This document shows positions 31,869 through 41,454 of a stretch of DNA of 64,000 nt, one piece after another; position 1 is the stretch's first letter, and every line of letters begins with the position of its first letter. Origin of the DNA: an uncultured virus (IMG/VR IMGVR_UViG_2713897279_000003) (Duplodnaviria; Heunggongvirae; Uroviricota; Caudoviricetes). The notes under the pieces are model-generated. The model saw nothing but the letters and a program-made list of their open reading frames with translations. It was not told the DNA's origin and made no database searches. Made by a program: the position numbers and the translations under genes. The stretch lies in IMG/VR virus record IMGVR_UViG_2713897279_000003; one strand, written 5' to 3'.

Positions 31869-32762
31869 TTATGGAAGTAGAGCTAAATTAATAATTCCTG
31901 CACCATATAGCTCATCCCGCCCTTGTACACCAAGGTCTTTAACCATATGTTGCAATAGTTCCCGTACTACTGATACGGATGGATTTACTCCATTATGCAG
32001 TTGTTTATAGCGAGCGATAATCAATGCAATTGCCCCAGAGATAATCGGAGTAGCCATTGATGTTCCAGATAAACGTGCGTAATATCCCTCTTTATAAGTA
32101 GATAAAATATTTACACCTGGAGCACAAATTTCATTTTCTATACCCTGATTTGAAAATTGAGGATGTTGCATTTTTTCATCTACAGCGGATACAGCAATTA
32201 CTTCATCGTATGCTGCCGGATAACAAACTTGACTATTTTCATTACCTGTAGCTGCTACAAATACAATACCTTGAGAAATAGCTTGCTTGATAGTTTGATA
32301 TAGCACTTCTGGGGGACGACTAGCGGTCCCCAGACTCATAGAAATAACATCTACTTTGCAATCCATGGCCCATTTAATCCCACGAACCATTGCTTCAAAC
32401 CCGCCCTTGCCGTTATCGCCTAGTACCTTAGCACAATATAATTCTGATTTAGGTGCGACACCAACCATGCCAATACCATTATCCATTGCAGCTACAATCC
32501 CTGCTACATGAGTTCCATGCCCCTGCATATCTTTATATTGACTAGGTGAATTGGTAAAGTCTATATATTTTTTTACATTATCTATTAAGTCAGGATGATC
32601 TTCATCAATTCCTGTATCAAGAATAGCAACTTTAATACCTTCTCCTTTTGTTTTTTTCCAAGCTACCTCAGTACCAATAGCTTTAAGCCCCCAATCAATA
32701 AGATCTTTTCCTATTTCTGGAGATATAACTTGCCTTACTACATAATCTGCTACTTTAAACAT
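31869..32762 (-). CDS. Subtilisin-like S8 serine protease (intracellular type, no signal peptide)
   Basis: Catalytic triad motifs AILDTG, HGTHVAG and SGTSMATP; terminator at 31843-31870. Confidence 0.95.
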   Translation of the reverse strand: MFKVADYVVRQVISPEIGKDLIDWGLKAIGTEVAWKKTKGEGIKVAILDTGIDEDHPDLIDNVKKYIDFTNSPSQYKDMQGHGTHVAGIVAAMDNGIGMVGVAPKSELYCAKVLGDNGKGGFEAMVRGIKWAMDCKVDVISMSLGTASRPPEVLYQTIKQAISQGIVFVAATGNENSQVCYPAAYDEVIAVSAVDEKMQHPQFSNQGIENEICAPGVNILSTYKEGYYARLSGTSMATPIISGAIALIIARYKQLHNGVNPSVSVVRELLQHMVKDLGVQGRDELYGAGIINLALLP

Positions 32763-33121
32763 TACGGAAATTCCTCCTTAGAATTCCCTGTCCCCTTTTT
32801 GTAATCGTATCATACTAGAATTCACCTATAAAAAAAGAAAATTACACATTAAAACACAATTTAGACTCACCTCAAAGTATATTTTGAATTTATTTATTAG
32901 GTTCTATTTTAATTGTAAATTAACAATATATATTGTTAATTTATCATATTTTATAGGATGAAATAAATTGGTTGAATACTTATTATACATATACTAAATT
33001 CCGCTGCAAATGTAGTTCTGTTCTGCATCAGTTACTACTGCCACAATTATTCCTGCTAACGTAACACCTTCTCCTAATGTGCCAATTACTCGTTTCTTGA
33101 ACATAAAAATTCTTTATCTAC

Positions 33122-33277
33122 TCACACTATAATTTTCTTAACGGAACCACATGTTTTGCATACCCGTGTATGTATTTTTACCCCATACTTTTTAGGACCG
33201 TCCCATTTACTATCTATAAACGCATATTCATGTGTGCCTTTTCTCTTACACTTCCACATTTTTAGTAGTTTTAACAT
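33122..33277 (-). CDS. Small Cys/His protein (51 aa)
   Basis: MLKLLKMWKCKRKGTHEY...RVCKTCG; GAGGT RBS. Confidence 0.55.
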   Translation of the reverse strand: MLKLLKMWKCKRKGTHEYAFIDSKWDGPKKYGVKIHTRVCKTCGSVKKIIV

Positions 33278-33541
33278 ACTGTTCTACCTCCATAACATTT
33301 AGAAAATCTTTATTATATTTATTGCTTTTATCCATAGATTTTTAACTAGACATTTGTTATAAGTAAATGTTTTTTCTATAAATCCAGCTATTTCATCTAT
33401 ATTATTTTAATACTAGAGCCAATCGTTTTTCATATTACTGCACATAAGTTAATATGTAATACATTTCTATGTTAATTGATATTCTTAAACTACAGATGTA
33501 AGCAACAAAAATGTTCTCTATATATAGAGAACATTTATTTA

Positions 33542-33787
33542 TTAATCTTTTTTCATTTTTGTTACCATTGCTTGAAATGAATTTACTTCCTCTGGATTTA
33601 CGAGTAATCCACTAAACGCTAATAGCGCTAACAAACTATTTATAGCTCCCATGATTTTAGCAATTGTATCTTGTGGTAACTCATATCCTAAAAGTATGGC
33701 CATAGATTGAGCAAAGACTAAAGTAGCTGATGCCATACCACTCCAGAAAAAAGTAGTTTTAAGCTTATTTTTTATGTTTCCCTTCAT
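33542..33787 (-). CDS. Putative holin (2 TM)
   Basis: KLKTTFFWSG...LLAFSGLLVNP, a typical phage holin pattern. Confidence 0.7.
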   Translation of the reverse strand: MKGNIKNKLKTTFFWSGMASATLVFAQSMAILLGYELPQDTIAKIMGAINSLLALLAFSGLLVNPEEVNSFQAMVTKMKKD

Positions 33788-34301
33788 TATATAAATCCTC
33801 CCAATAAATATTTACATAAGGCATATGTGCTACTATAAACGCTTGAGCTAATTCGTACTCAGCTGTACCCGGTTTAGCATCTAATGATGGAGATGCTCCT
33901 TTATTTCCATGGTGTGCTTCAATTGCTCGCATTATGTTCTCCCATAATCCCTGTTGAATCTCTTTATTCATTCCGTGATTCTCTAAATATGTTCGAACTG
34001 CAACTGGATGTAGTTTTTTCATTTCATCTTCAAACTCATTAAACATAATATCACATAGTAAAGTCGTTCCTAGCAGTGCTTCACGTACCGTCCCGATTAT
34101 TTGACGTTGATTTAAAAAACCATACAAAATATAAAATGCTTTTTTTGTATATTCCATTAATTCTTCATCATTATGAAAACTTTTTGGAGCAATTGCTAAA
34201 GAATTGTAAAAAAAGGTTTGTAAATTCGCATCCTTAATTTGTTCTAGTTCTTTTTTAAAATAATCTAATGCCTTCGGCTTATGTATCATCATATCTTTCA
34301 T
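33765..34301 (-). CDS. Degenerate HD-domain-like phage protein
   Basis: FKKELEQIKD...APKSFH...LLCDI...HP...RAIEAHHG; the HD motif appears altered (CD). Confidence 0.6.
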   Translation of the reverse strand: MKDMMIHKPKALDYFKKELEQIKDANLQTFFYNSLAIAPKSFHNDEELMEYTKKAFYILYGFLNQRQIIGTVREALLGTTLLCDIMFNEFEDEMKKLHPVAVRTYLENHGMNKEIQQGLWENIMRAIEAHHGNKGASPSLDAKPGTAEYELAQAFIVAHMPYVNIYWEDLYNEGKHKK

Positions 34302-34459
34302 CTCCCATAGTTGTGTCCTTGAAAACAGCTATTAATGAATGTTATTTCAAATTCTTTATAAATCTGCATAGTCACTTTATCTTTAATAATAGAACCATTT
34401 CTTTTAAATATTATTTTAAAAGTATTACTAAATTCTATATGCATGGACATCAATACTTC

Positions 34460-34473
34460 TACAATGCATTACA
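34460..34473. promoter_or_regulatory. Operator variant
   Basis: TACAATGCATTACA, intergenic, upstream of the HD-like/holin genes. Confidence 0.5.
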
Positions 34474-34591
34474 GTGAATCGGAATATATTTCACCTTATT
34501 TATCATCCATTCTTCTATCTTGTATGAATTTTGAAGTTTTAATAATATTTCAATTCGTACTATATATAACTATTGGTTGTATTTTATTAGA

Positions 34592-35614
34592 TTATTTATG
34601 ATAAACTACTTTGATATCATCGACCGTTGATTTAGTCCAGTTCTTAGGATTATTTTTTTCTTTTTCTTCATCTATTAAACTATCAGACAAGGGTTTTAAT
34701 GTTCCTTTAAATGTTATCTTAGACATTTCTACTTGTGAATCATATGTAACACTTATATTTCTTCCATTATAAGAAATAATTAAGTTACCTTTCCCATCGC
34801 CATTAAGCTTAATAAAAGATTTTGTAGTAAACCCGTTATTAAAGAAATCTTTCTCTGTGATTTCTTTTTCATACTGATCAAATATAACATCAGATGAACT
34901 TCCATTATAAGGTTTATATTCTAATCCATTTTTCAGTAAATTAATGGTACCCAAATTCTCAATCATAAGCGAAAATACTTCATTTTTATCTTTAATTAAC
35001 TCAGAGGGTGCAAGATTCAGTGTAATATCAAATTTTGCTTTTTCGGGAATTGCTTCTGAGAATTCTTGTATAAAATCAGAGACAGTATACATTTGAAACT
35101 CCTTATTATACGTTCCAGAAACTGAAAAGAATCCTTCTGGATATCCAGGTTGTTCAAATTGTGCATTTACTAATGTTTGAGTTAATACTGGTGCAATATA
35201 ATTCTTTTCGAGAATAGCTAGTGTATTAGCCTTCAATTCTGCTGAAAAATCATCATTATGGTAGATATCCATACCAATAGGATTCTTATTAGCTGATTGG
35301 GTAATTAATCCCACTGTTACCTTCTGTTCCTCATCTTTGTTATTTGTAACAGTAAATATCCATTTTCCTTGTTCTGCGTAGCGGACACGACTAAAATCTA
35401 TATCATGTTTTGCTTCATCTTTTGACGATGGTGCAAAAGAAAATGTTGAAACTTTCATTTCTTTCCTTTTCTTTTTACCATTCATTATTTCAGATACTTC
35501 AGCTGAGAACATAACATCAATAACACCAGCATTTTTTTTAGTAAACTGTAAAACTGTAAAATGACAATTTAGCAAATGAGTCTTTTTCGTATCAAAATAA
35601 TATGAGAATAACAT
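34592..35614 (-). CDS. Hypothetical beta-rich protein
   Basis: 340-aa ORF coupled to the upstream gene. Confidence 0.85.
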   Translation of the reverse strand: MLFSYYFDTKKTHLLNCHFTVLQFTKKNAGVIDVMFSAEVSEIMNGKKKRKEMKVSTFSFAPSSKDEAKHDIDFSRVRYAEQGKWIFTVTNNKDEEQKVTVGLITQSANKNPIGMDIYHNDDFSAELKANTLAILEKNYIAPVLTQTLVNAQFEQPGYPEGFFSVSGTYNKEFQMYTVSDFIQEFSEAIPEKAKFDITLNLAPSELIKDKNEVFSLMIENLGTINLLKNGLEYKPYNGSSSDVIFDQYEKEITEKDFFNNGFTTKSFIKLNGDGKGNLIISYNGRNISVTYDSQVEMSKITFKGTLKPLSDSLIDEEKEKNNPKNWTKSTVDDIKVVYHK

Positions 35615-36129
35615 TATATATCCCCTTTCTTTTCTCTTGATATTGTAAACTGTGAGCTATCCTTCCAGCTATCAAGGCGAACACCAATTGGAATTTCTGC
35701 ATGACTGTTCTTTTTCAATTTTAAAATCATATTCTCTTTATCTAATGTAGTATCTTTATCAATACCAATAGCATGTATCACAAATCCGCCAGATTCAATC
35801 TCAATAGCTGACAACTCCTCTAAATGAGCATTAATTTCAATTGTTAAATCATCCATATCAGAGTTTAAGTCTCTTAAGATTTTTATAGTTTGTTTTTCAA
35901 TTTCCTGATCCTTATTTAGACGCGATGTAATTTGCTTTATTTTCATCTCCGGAATCCCGTTATACTCCATCTTACGTTGTAAATCACTTTGGTCGATTAC
36001 ATCTTCTTTTGTTTTCGAAAACTGTACTTGATAAGATTTAATTAGGCTATTAAGACGAATTTTCTTTTGGATCCCATCCTGTACATATCTTCTTAGATGA
36101 TTATTCATCTGTGTTGGCATATTTTCCAC
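35614..36129 (-). CDS. Hypothetical coiled-coil protein
   Basis: 171 aa, in operon, AAGGAG RBS. Confidence 0.8.
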   Translation of the reverse strand: MENMPTQMNNHLRRYVQDGIQKKIRLNSLIKSYQVQFSKTKEDVIDQSDLQRKMEYNGIPEMKIKQITSRLNKDQEIEKQTIKILRDLNSDMDDLTIEINAHLEELSAIEIESGGFVIHAIGIDKDTTLDKENMILKLKKNSHAEIPIGVRLDSWKDSSQFTISREKKGDI

Positions 36130-36133
36130 TCCT

Positions 36134-36433
36134 TTATATAATTTTGATACCTAATCTTACTTCCTTAGCATATCGTTTTCTTTTACTTAATATTTTTGGA
36201 TCTGTTGCTAGAAATAGTCCTTTTTCATTTAAAGATTGCCTTGCTCGACGGATAACTTCTGTTCCAGTAGCAAACTGAATACTATGTATATCTTCTATAC
36301 GGTCAATGATTCTCCAGTATGTTGTACACAGCAAATTATCATTATTTCTTGTCTCTGGATAATTTTCCAATACAAATTTAACTTTATCCTTTGTATGCTT
36401 TAAAGCTTTAATATATGAACTTTCCATTCTCAT
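36134..36433 (-). CDS. Hypothetical phage protein
   Basis: 99 aa, in operon, AGGGG RBS. Confidence 0.8.
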   Translation of the reverse strand: MRMESSYIKALKHTKDKVKFVLENYPETRNNDNLLCTTYWRIIDRIEDIHSIQFATGTEVIRRARQSLNEKGLFLATDPKILSKRKRYAKEVRLGIKII

Positions 36434-36441
36434 ATTCCCCT

Positions 36442-37524
36442 TTAACTTTGATAAACTAAAGAAGCATATCTTCTACGAGATTCAATAGAGGCCTCCATAC
36501 AAAATGACATATTTGGTACGAATTCATAGAAGTGAGTACCTTTAAAAGAGCCTAATTTATTCTTACCGACTTTCATTTCAATGACCGGCATTTTTTCCTC
36601 AGTATCTTCATTTAGCCAATAAACCTGAGCACCTTCTTCTTTAATCCCTACTTCATTGTATAAAAGTGCTATAAAATTCGCTTCATATTCTAAACGGTTA
36701 TTCTCTTTTAAGTCTTCTGTTAATGGCCTTCGATTACCACCTAATTTCCTTAAATGTGCTGTACAAAAAATGGCCAAATCATATGTTACACACCATTGCT
36801 TAACAGTTCTAGCAACATATTCATACAAATTCTTATCTTGTAATTGTTTAGACTCCACCGTTAAATCATAGATACTATCAATCATGAGTACTAATTCTTT
36901 ATCTGGAAAAGCCATTTTTAAATCCTGAATTCTTTTTTCAATAGCTTCTACACTCGTTCCTTCGGTAGAATCCCATAAAGAAAATCTACTAGCATTTCGA
37001 TATAAATGTTTAACACCCTCATTTCGCTTTTCTATTACTTCAGGCTCATTCATGTATCGTGCTGGATTTTTAGCCTGTGAAATTGTAATTTGTTGCTTAC
37101 AAGCAATGTATCTCGGTGTTAATTCATTTACACTATCATCTAAAGAATGATATGCGACATGCGCATTTTTATTTAAATTTGCAATATTTTGACCTACTTG
37201 TAACATCCAAGCAGATTTACCTACGTTAGGTTGTGCTGCAATTAAATAAAGACCTGCTTGAACGCCTCCTTCAATTGCTTCATCAAATAGTGGAAATCCT
37301 GATCTAAGTCCACCTCGAGCATCTCGGTTCCAAGAATAATCATCTACATCTCGAACTGTTTTTAACATTTTTTGTTCAATAAAGTTTATGGGACGATTAA
37401 AAATCTTTTCCGGATTCCTCAAGCAAACTTTCAAAGGGTTTTCAATATTAATTGTAAAGATTTCCTCATCTTGATTCAGTGTTGAATTATCAGTATCAAC
37501 TTCTTGATAATTAATTATTGTCAT
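36442..37524 (-). CDS. DnaB-like (SF4) replicative helicase, C-terminal RecA-fold domain
   Basis: GLRSGFPLFD, AAQPNVGKS (Walker A), MIDSI (Walker B), RRPLTEDLKE, EMKVGKNK. Confidence 0.9.
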   Translation of the reverse strand: MTIINYQEVDTDNSTLNQDEEIFTINIENPLKVCLRNPEKIFNRPINFIEQKMLKTVRDVDDYSWNRDARGGLRSGFPLFDEAIEGGVQAGLYLIAAQPNVGKSAWMLQVGQNIANLNKNAHVAYHSLDDSVNELTPRYIACKQQITISQAKNPARYMNEPEVIEKRNEGVKHLYRNASRFSLWDSTEGTSVEAIEKRIQDLKMAFPDKELVLMIDSIYDLTVESKQLQDKNLYEYVARTVKQWCVTYDLAIFCTAHLRKLGGNRRPLTEDLKENNRLEYEANFIALLYNEVGIKEEGAQVYWLNEDTEEKMPVIEMKVGKNKLGSFKGTHFYEFVPNMSFCMEASIESRRRYASLVYQS

Positions 37525-37647
37525 TTAAGGTGCTCCTTTCACTCATTCCCTGCATAAAATTCATGAAAATAGTAAATGGTAAATACAAACTATTTTCATG
37601 AACTTTATGCAAGAAAGAAGAAAATTCTTCCTTGCCAAGTTTGGTAA

Positions 37648-37905
37648 TTATGTGAAATCTTTTTGATAGTAAATAATCCCCATATTATTAGGGTAATTAT
37701 CTAACGTTAAAGGAAAAATAGACTCTCTAAACCATTCCTGTTCATTACTATCCATTTCCTTTGGAGCAAGGACTTGATCCCAGTTTAATCCTTTCAAATT
37801 ATCCACCATACCTTTAACAGGAAGCATAATGATTCTTTCAAATTTAGTGCTAATTTCTTTACTAAAATCTCGGGTAACAATTAATATATTTCTTTGCTTT
37901 TGCAT
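37648..37905 (-). CDS. Hypothetical protein
   Basis: 85 aa, in operon. Confidence 0.65.
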   Translation of the reverse strand: MQKQRNILIVTRDFSKEISTKFERIIMLPVKGMVDNLKGLNWDQVLAPKEMDSNEQEWFRESIFPLTLDNYPNNMGIIYYQKDFT

Positions 37906-38102
37906 TTTTTCCGCCCCCTATTTTGTCTTTTTTTATACATTCTATTTTCTATATGTAAACAAACAAATATTATGATAGCCAGCGTAATCATAAAAGTTAT
38001 TTGCTGAATATATTTTGATTGATTATGAACGCATTTATTAATAATTACTGCAATCCCAAATCCATAAATAAGGAAAGCAAACTCACCAAATGTTTTTCTC
38101 AT
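37881..38102 (-). CDS. Small membrane protein (2 TM)
   Basis: AAGGAG RBS; ATGA overlap with the primase stop. Confidence 0.65.
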   Translation of the reverse strand: MRKTFGEFAFLIYGFGIAVIINKCVHNQSKYIQQITFMITLAIIIFVCLHIENRMYKKRQNRGRKKCKSKEIY

Positions 38103-39199
38103 TTTGAAATCTCCTTATTAAATAAAGGGCACTTTTCTTTATTACAGACACCACTTGCTTGCTTGAATGAATTACATCCATATTTATATTGAGCGTTGTA
38201 GACTGAGTTAACAATAATTTTAGTTTCATTTGCTTTTAATGGTGGTGAACAACGTTCTTTTCCCCATTGCTGCATTCTTAATATAGTTTCTTCTCTTGGA
38301 ATTTGTTGTTGCATATAGAAACTTGCTAATGCGGTAGCGCTATTGTTTCTTTCATCTATAGTTTCTCTGAATACCTTTTCATTCATTGCTTTAATACATG
38401 GGGGTTCTGTTTTTATTCTCCTAATTTTCCCTGAAAATTCTGTTCGCTTATTTTTTTTTTTGTTCCACTCTTCAATATGTTTATTTATAACTAACCGTGC
38501 ACGTTGTGAAACAAATGGTTGCTCCAGCTTAATTTCTCTTGGAGACTGGGCGAGTTGAATTAATTCTACATAACTTAGTTTATTAAATTCTTCATATGTA
38601 ATAGGAATTTTATAAGCTCCACCTTTTATATTCCATGAGTTGATCATCCGAAACATACGTTTATCATCATATACTTTCGAGTCTAATGTATTATTTGGGC
38701 AATAATTTTTAATATCTTTAGCAATCAATTTGTAAATCTGGTTCAGAGCTACATGAGGATCTAATCCTAATGTAATAGCAGGAATCACCAGATGAATCCC
38801 TTTGTTTCCAGAAAAATAAAGCTGTACCTGTTTAATATTAACTTGCATAATAACTGTTACATATCTGAGTGCTATCTTTACATCTTCTTTTAGTTTTATA
38901 TAATCTTTTTCACTTTTAATTATAGTATCAAAATCTAAGTAAAAATCTCCCCATTTTAAGCTGTCACCCGCATTAATAATCCATTTTCCTGTTTCATTCT
39001 GAAACCAAATTGGATTAATGTATTGCATTACAGTTTGATACACACCTTGATTATTATAATGCTCTCTGAATTGCCAAGTGTTCTCAGGAAACATAAAATG
39101 CTTTCGTGTAAACGGATATTTTTTTGTTTTTAAATCAGCACCACATTCAACCCATAATGTAACATTATTATGGTTTTGCGGTATCACTATTTTTTGCAT
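38099..39199 (-). CDS. Archaeo-eukaryotic primase (AEP) with a PriCT/PriL-CTD-like C-terminus
   Basis: FYLDFD (motif I), FSGNKGIHL (motif II), LDSKVYDDKRMFR; C-terminal PPC...RNNSATALA...YGC...C....CP. Confidence 0.85.
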   Translation of the reverse strand: MQKIVIPQNHNNVTLWVECGADLKTKKYPFTRKHFMFPENTWQFREHYNNQGVYQTVMQYINPIWFQNETGKWIINAGDSLKWGDFYLDFDTIIKSEKDYIKLKEDVKIALRYVTVIMQVNIKQVQLYFSGNKGIHLVIPAITLGLDPHVALNQIYKLIAKDIKNYCPNNTLDSKVYDDKRMFRMINSWNIKGGAYKIPITYEEFNKLSYVELIQLAQSPREIKLEQPFVSQRARLVINKHIEEWNKKKNKRTEFSGKIRRIKTEPPCIKAMNEKVFRETIDERNNSATALASFYMQQQIPREETILRMQQWGKERCSPPLKANETKIIVNSVYNAQYKYGCNSFKQASGVCNKEKCPLFNKEISK

Positions 39200-39860
39200 G
39201 ACGTTTAATCTCCCTATTTATCCCTGTCACCTTATGAATATTTTCTTTCCTTTGAATAAAATCTCTTGCTTCTTCTAAATACTTTTCTAATTCAAAAGCA
39301 TTTCTTAATGTTCTAAGTTGTTTTTCTTTCCGTTGTACTTTGGCAACATCAATCATAAATAATAATTCATCGACTGTATAGTTACCTAGCATATATTTAA
39401 ATTTCCCCTCATCTTGCTTAATTATATGATTATTAGGAATGATATCCATTTTCTCATACCAATAATTTAATAAGTCTTGTAGAGTAAATCTATTTTTCAT
39501 TTCTAGATAAAACCCCGATTCTACTCTCATCCAATTTCCCGAATTTGGATCTCTTTTTAAAATCGGTGGCGGTGGTACCTCTCTTAAAATATTGTGATAG
39601 TAAAATGAAGTGGGACTTAGCAAATTATTGGGTAGCTCTTTTGTTTTCATAATCTCCTCTACATGATAAAGAGTTGTAACAATTTGAGGGTATGTTTTTG
39701 AAAAATTATCTAATTCTTCTTTAATTTCTTGTAAAGTCCATCCTTTATTCAATAAAACTTGAATTGAGGAAATAGCACTATCAGTTCTTGCTTTTACTGA
39801 AAATCTAGCTTGGGTGATGTAAAGTACAAAATAGTTTGCAAGTTCTTCAACCGTCTGCAT
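39168..39860 (-). CDS. Hypothetical protein in the replication operon
   Basis: 230 aa, GGAGTG RBS, overlaps the primase start. Confidence 0.8.
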   Translation of the reverse strand: MQTVEELANYFVLYITQARFSVKARTDSAISSIQVLLNKGWTLQEIKEELDNFSKTYPQIVTTLYHVEEIMKTKELPNNLLSPTSFYYHNILREVPPPPILKRDPNSGNWMRVESGFYLEMKNRFTLQDLLNYWYEKMDIIPNNHIIKQDEGKFKYMLGNYTVDELLFMIDVAKVQRKEKQLRTLRNAFELEKYLEEARDFIQRKENIHKVTGINREIKRHAKNSDTAKP

Positions 39861-39873
39861 TGATAACTCACTC

Positions 39874-40882
39874 CTATACTACTTTTTTGTCTAAATAATT
39901 ATTAAAGTCCTTTAGATTGTGTGAAGCTATATAATCAAATGATGCATTTTCATCTTTAATAAACTCTCTCACATGTGATAATAATTGATTGTCAGTGGAA
40001 ATATTTAATCTTATTTTATTTTGTTTTAATCTATCTAATTCTTGTGTAACTTCAAAACTATTCCAAGGATTATCGGGTATTATGCTAATCAGAGGATCAT
40101 TTGACTTTTCTATCTTACAAATATCCTCTTTAGTTTCTACTGTTTCCTGTGACTGTGCTTGAATTTGAGTTAATTTACTTTGTTGTGAAACTCTATTAAA
40201 TGGAGTGGTAAAAAAGTTATATTCCATTTCTATAGCGTTGTTATACATTGTTTGTTGTTCTAAAATTGGTTTAACTGGGATACTGTCCTTGTTGCTGCTG
40301 ATACTGTTGGTTCCAATGTTGCTGCTGTCCTTGTTGTAATCGTGCATTTTGGGTGTGCCCTACGTAATAATTAGAATCTTGTATTAGATTTTCATAATCA
40401 TTTTCATCTGTCTCAATTTTTATCTTATCGTAAATAGATGAACCTATACCAAACATAGATGCACAATTATTTAAACAACACGAAGCAGCTGATTTATACG
40501 CACCATCTGAATTCCCTGTACTACCTATTATAACTTTAGAACCATATTGCGATCGTTGTCCTAATCCTGGAATAAATAAATATCCTTTAACACGATACAC
40601 GTATCCATCAAAAAACCAAGTACCGGTATTTCTATCATATTGATACACTTCTTCTCTCCATTGTTCTACAAGTTCAAAATCCCAATATGTAATGCCATCT
40701 GTTGCATAATCTAATATTCGAGTTACAGTTTTTGATCCTATATACTTATGATTCACGTTTTCCAGCTTACTTTCTAGCCAGTCCTCTTTACATTCTTTAA
40801 GTTTTTCTCTAATATCTTTAATTTTTTCTAACTCAGGCATAAACTTTTCAATTACTACTGGCATATAAAAATCCCCTATCAT
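39874..40882 (-). pseudogene. Rad52/Rad22 (Sak)-like ssDNA annealing protein, probably frameshifted at ~40277
   Basis: YIGSKTVTRILD...WDFELVE...KSAASCCLNNCASMFGIGSSIY. Removing one C in TATCCCAGTT gives ...QGQYPVKPILEQQ and fuses it with the 39874..40347 ORF. Confidence 0.7.
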
Positions 40883-40913
40883 AGTTTAAGCATTTCCCTT
40901 AAGTGATAAATAT

Positions 40914-40948
40914 TGTAATGCATTTCAAACCCTTTTTTTATTGTATCA
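40914..40948 (-). promoter_or_regulatory. Extended -10 promoter followed by an operator
   Basis: Minus strand TG-a-TACAAT...TGAAATGCATTACA (motif at 40914-40927), heading the annealase-primase-helicase operon. Confidence 0.7.
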
Positions 40949-41026
40949 TGCTGCAATAAACTAAACAATAAAAAAATGCAGTTACCTTCAGATCTCTCTA
41001 AATTACTGCATTTTTCTTTATAATAC

Positions 41027-41434
41027 CTATTTAATTAAAGCAATTGCGGCAGTCCCTAAAGCACTTACTATGCCTAGAACAGTAAAGAATGCTTTCCATA
41101 GTTGGCCAATAAACTGTTCTTGAGAATCTATAAACTTATCTTGAGATTTCATTGCTACATCTTGTTTGGAATTTAATTCACCTACATTCTCTTGCACAGT
41201 GAGTACACCACGTTGAATCAAATTAACCGATCCTTGTATATCATTTAAAGATTTTCTTATATTTAATACTTCTGTTTCTAGTTCTGTTACTCGTTTTTCT
41301 GTTTCAGCACTTTTTCGATCCATGTGCTTCATAGTCTCTCGGAGCTCTTTAATTTCTTTTTCTAACTCATCTTGACGCTCAATCAGCCTTTTTATATCCA
41401 TTTCTGTTAAAGATATAGTTCTATCACACGGCAT
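41027..41434 (-). CDS. Coiled-coil protein with a C-terminal TM (XhlA/holin-accessory-like)
   Basis: Long heptad repeat followed by LWKAFFTVLGIVSALGTAAIALIK; GGAGG RBS. Confidence 0.75.
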   Translation of the reverse strand: MPCDRTISLTEMDIKRLIERQDELEKEIKELRETMKHMDRKSAETEKRVTELETEVLNIRKSLNDIQGSVNLIQRGVLTVQENVGELNSKQDVAMKSQDKFIDSQEQFIGQLWKAFFTVLGIVSALGTAAIALIK

Positions 41435-41454
41435 AGTATTTGCCTCCTTGTATA

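Noticed and set aside
32916..32943. 28-bp perfect palindrome TAAATTAACAATAT|ATATTGTTAATTTA
   Set aside because: Real but almost all A/T and single-copy; no function can be supported.
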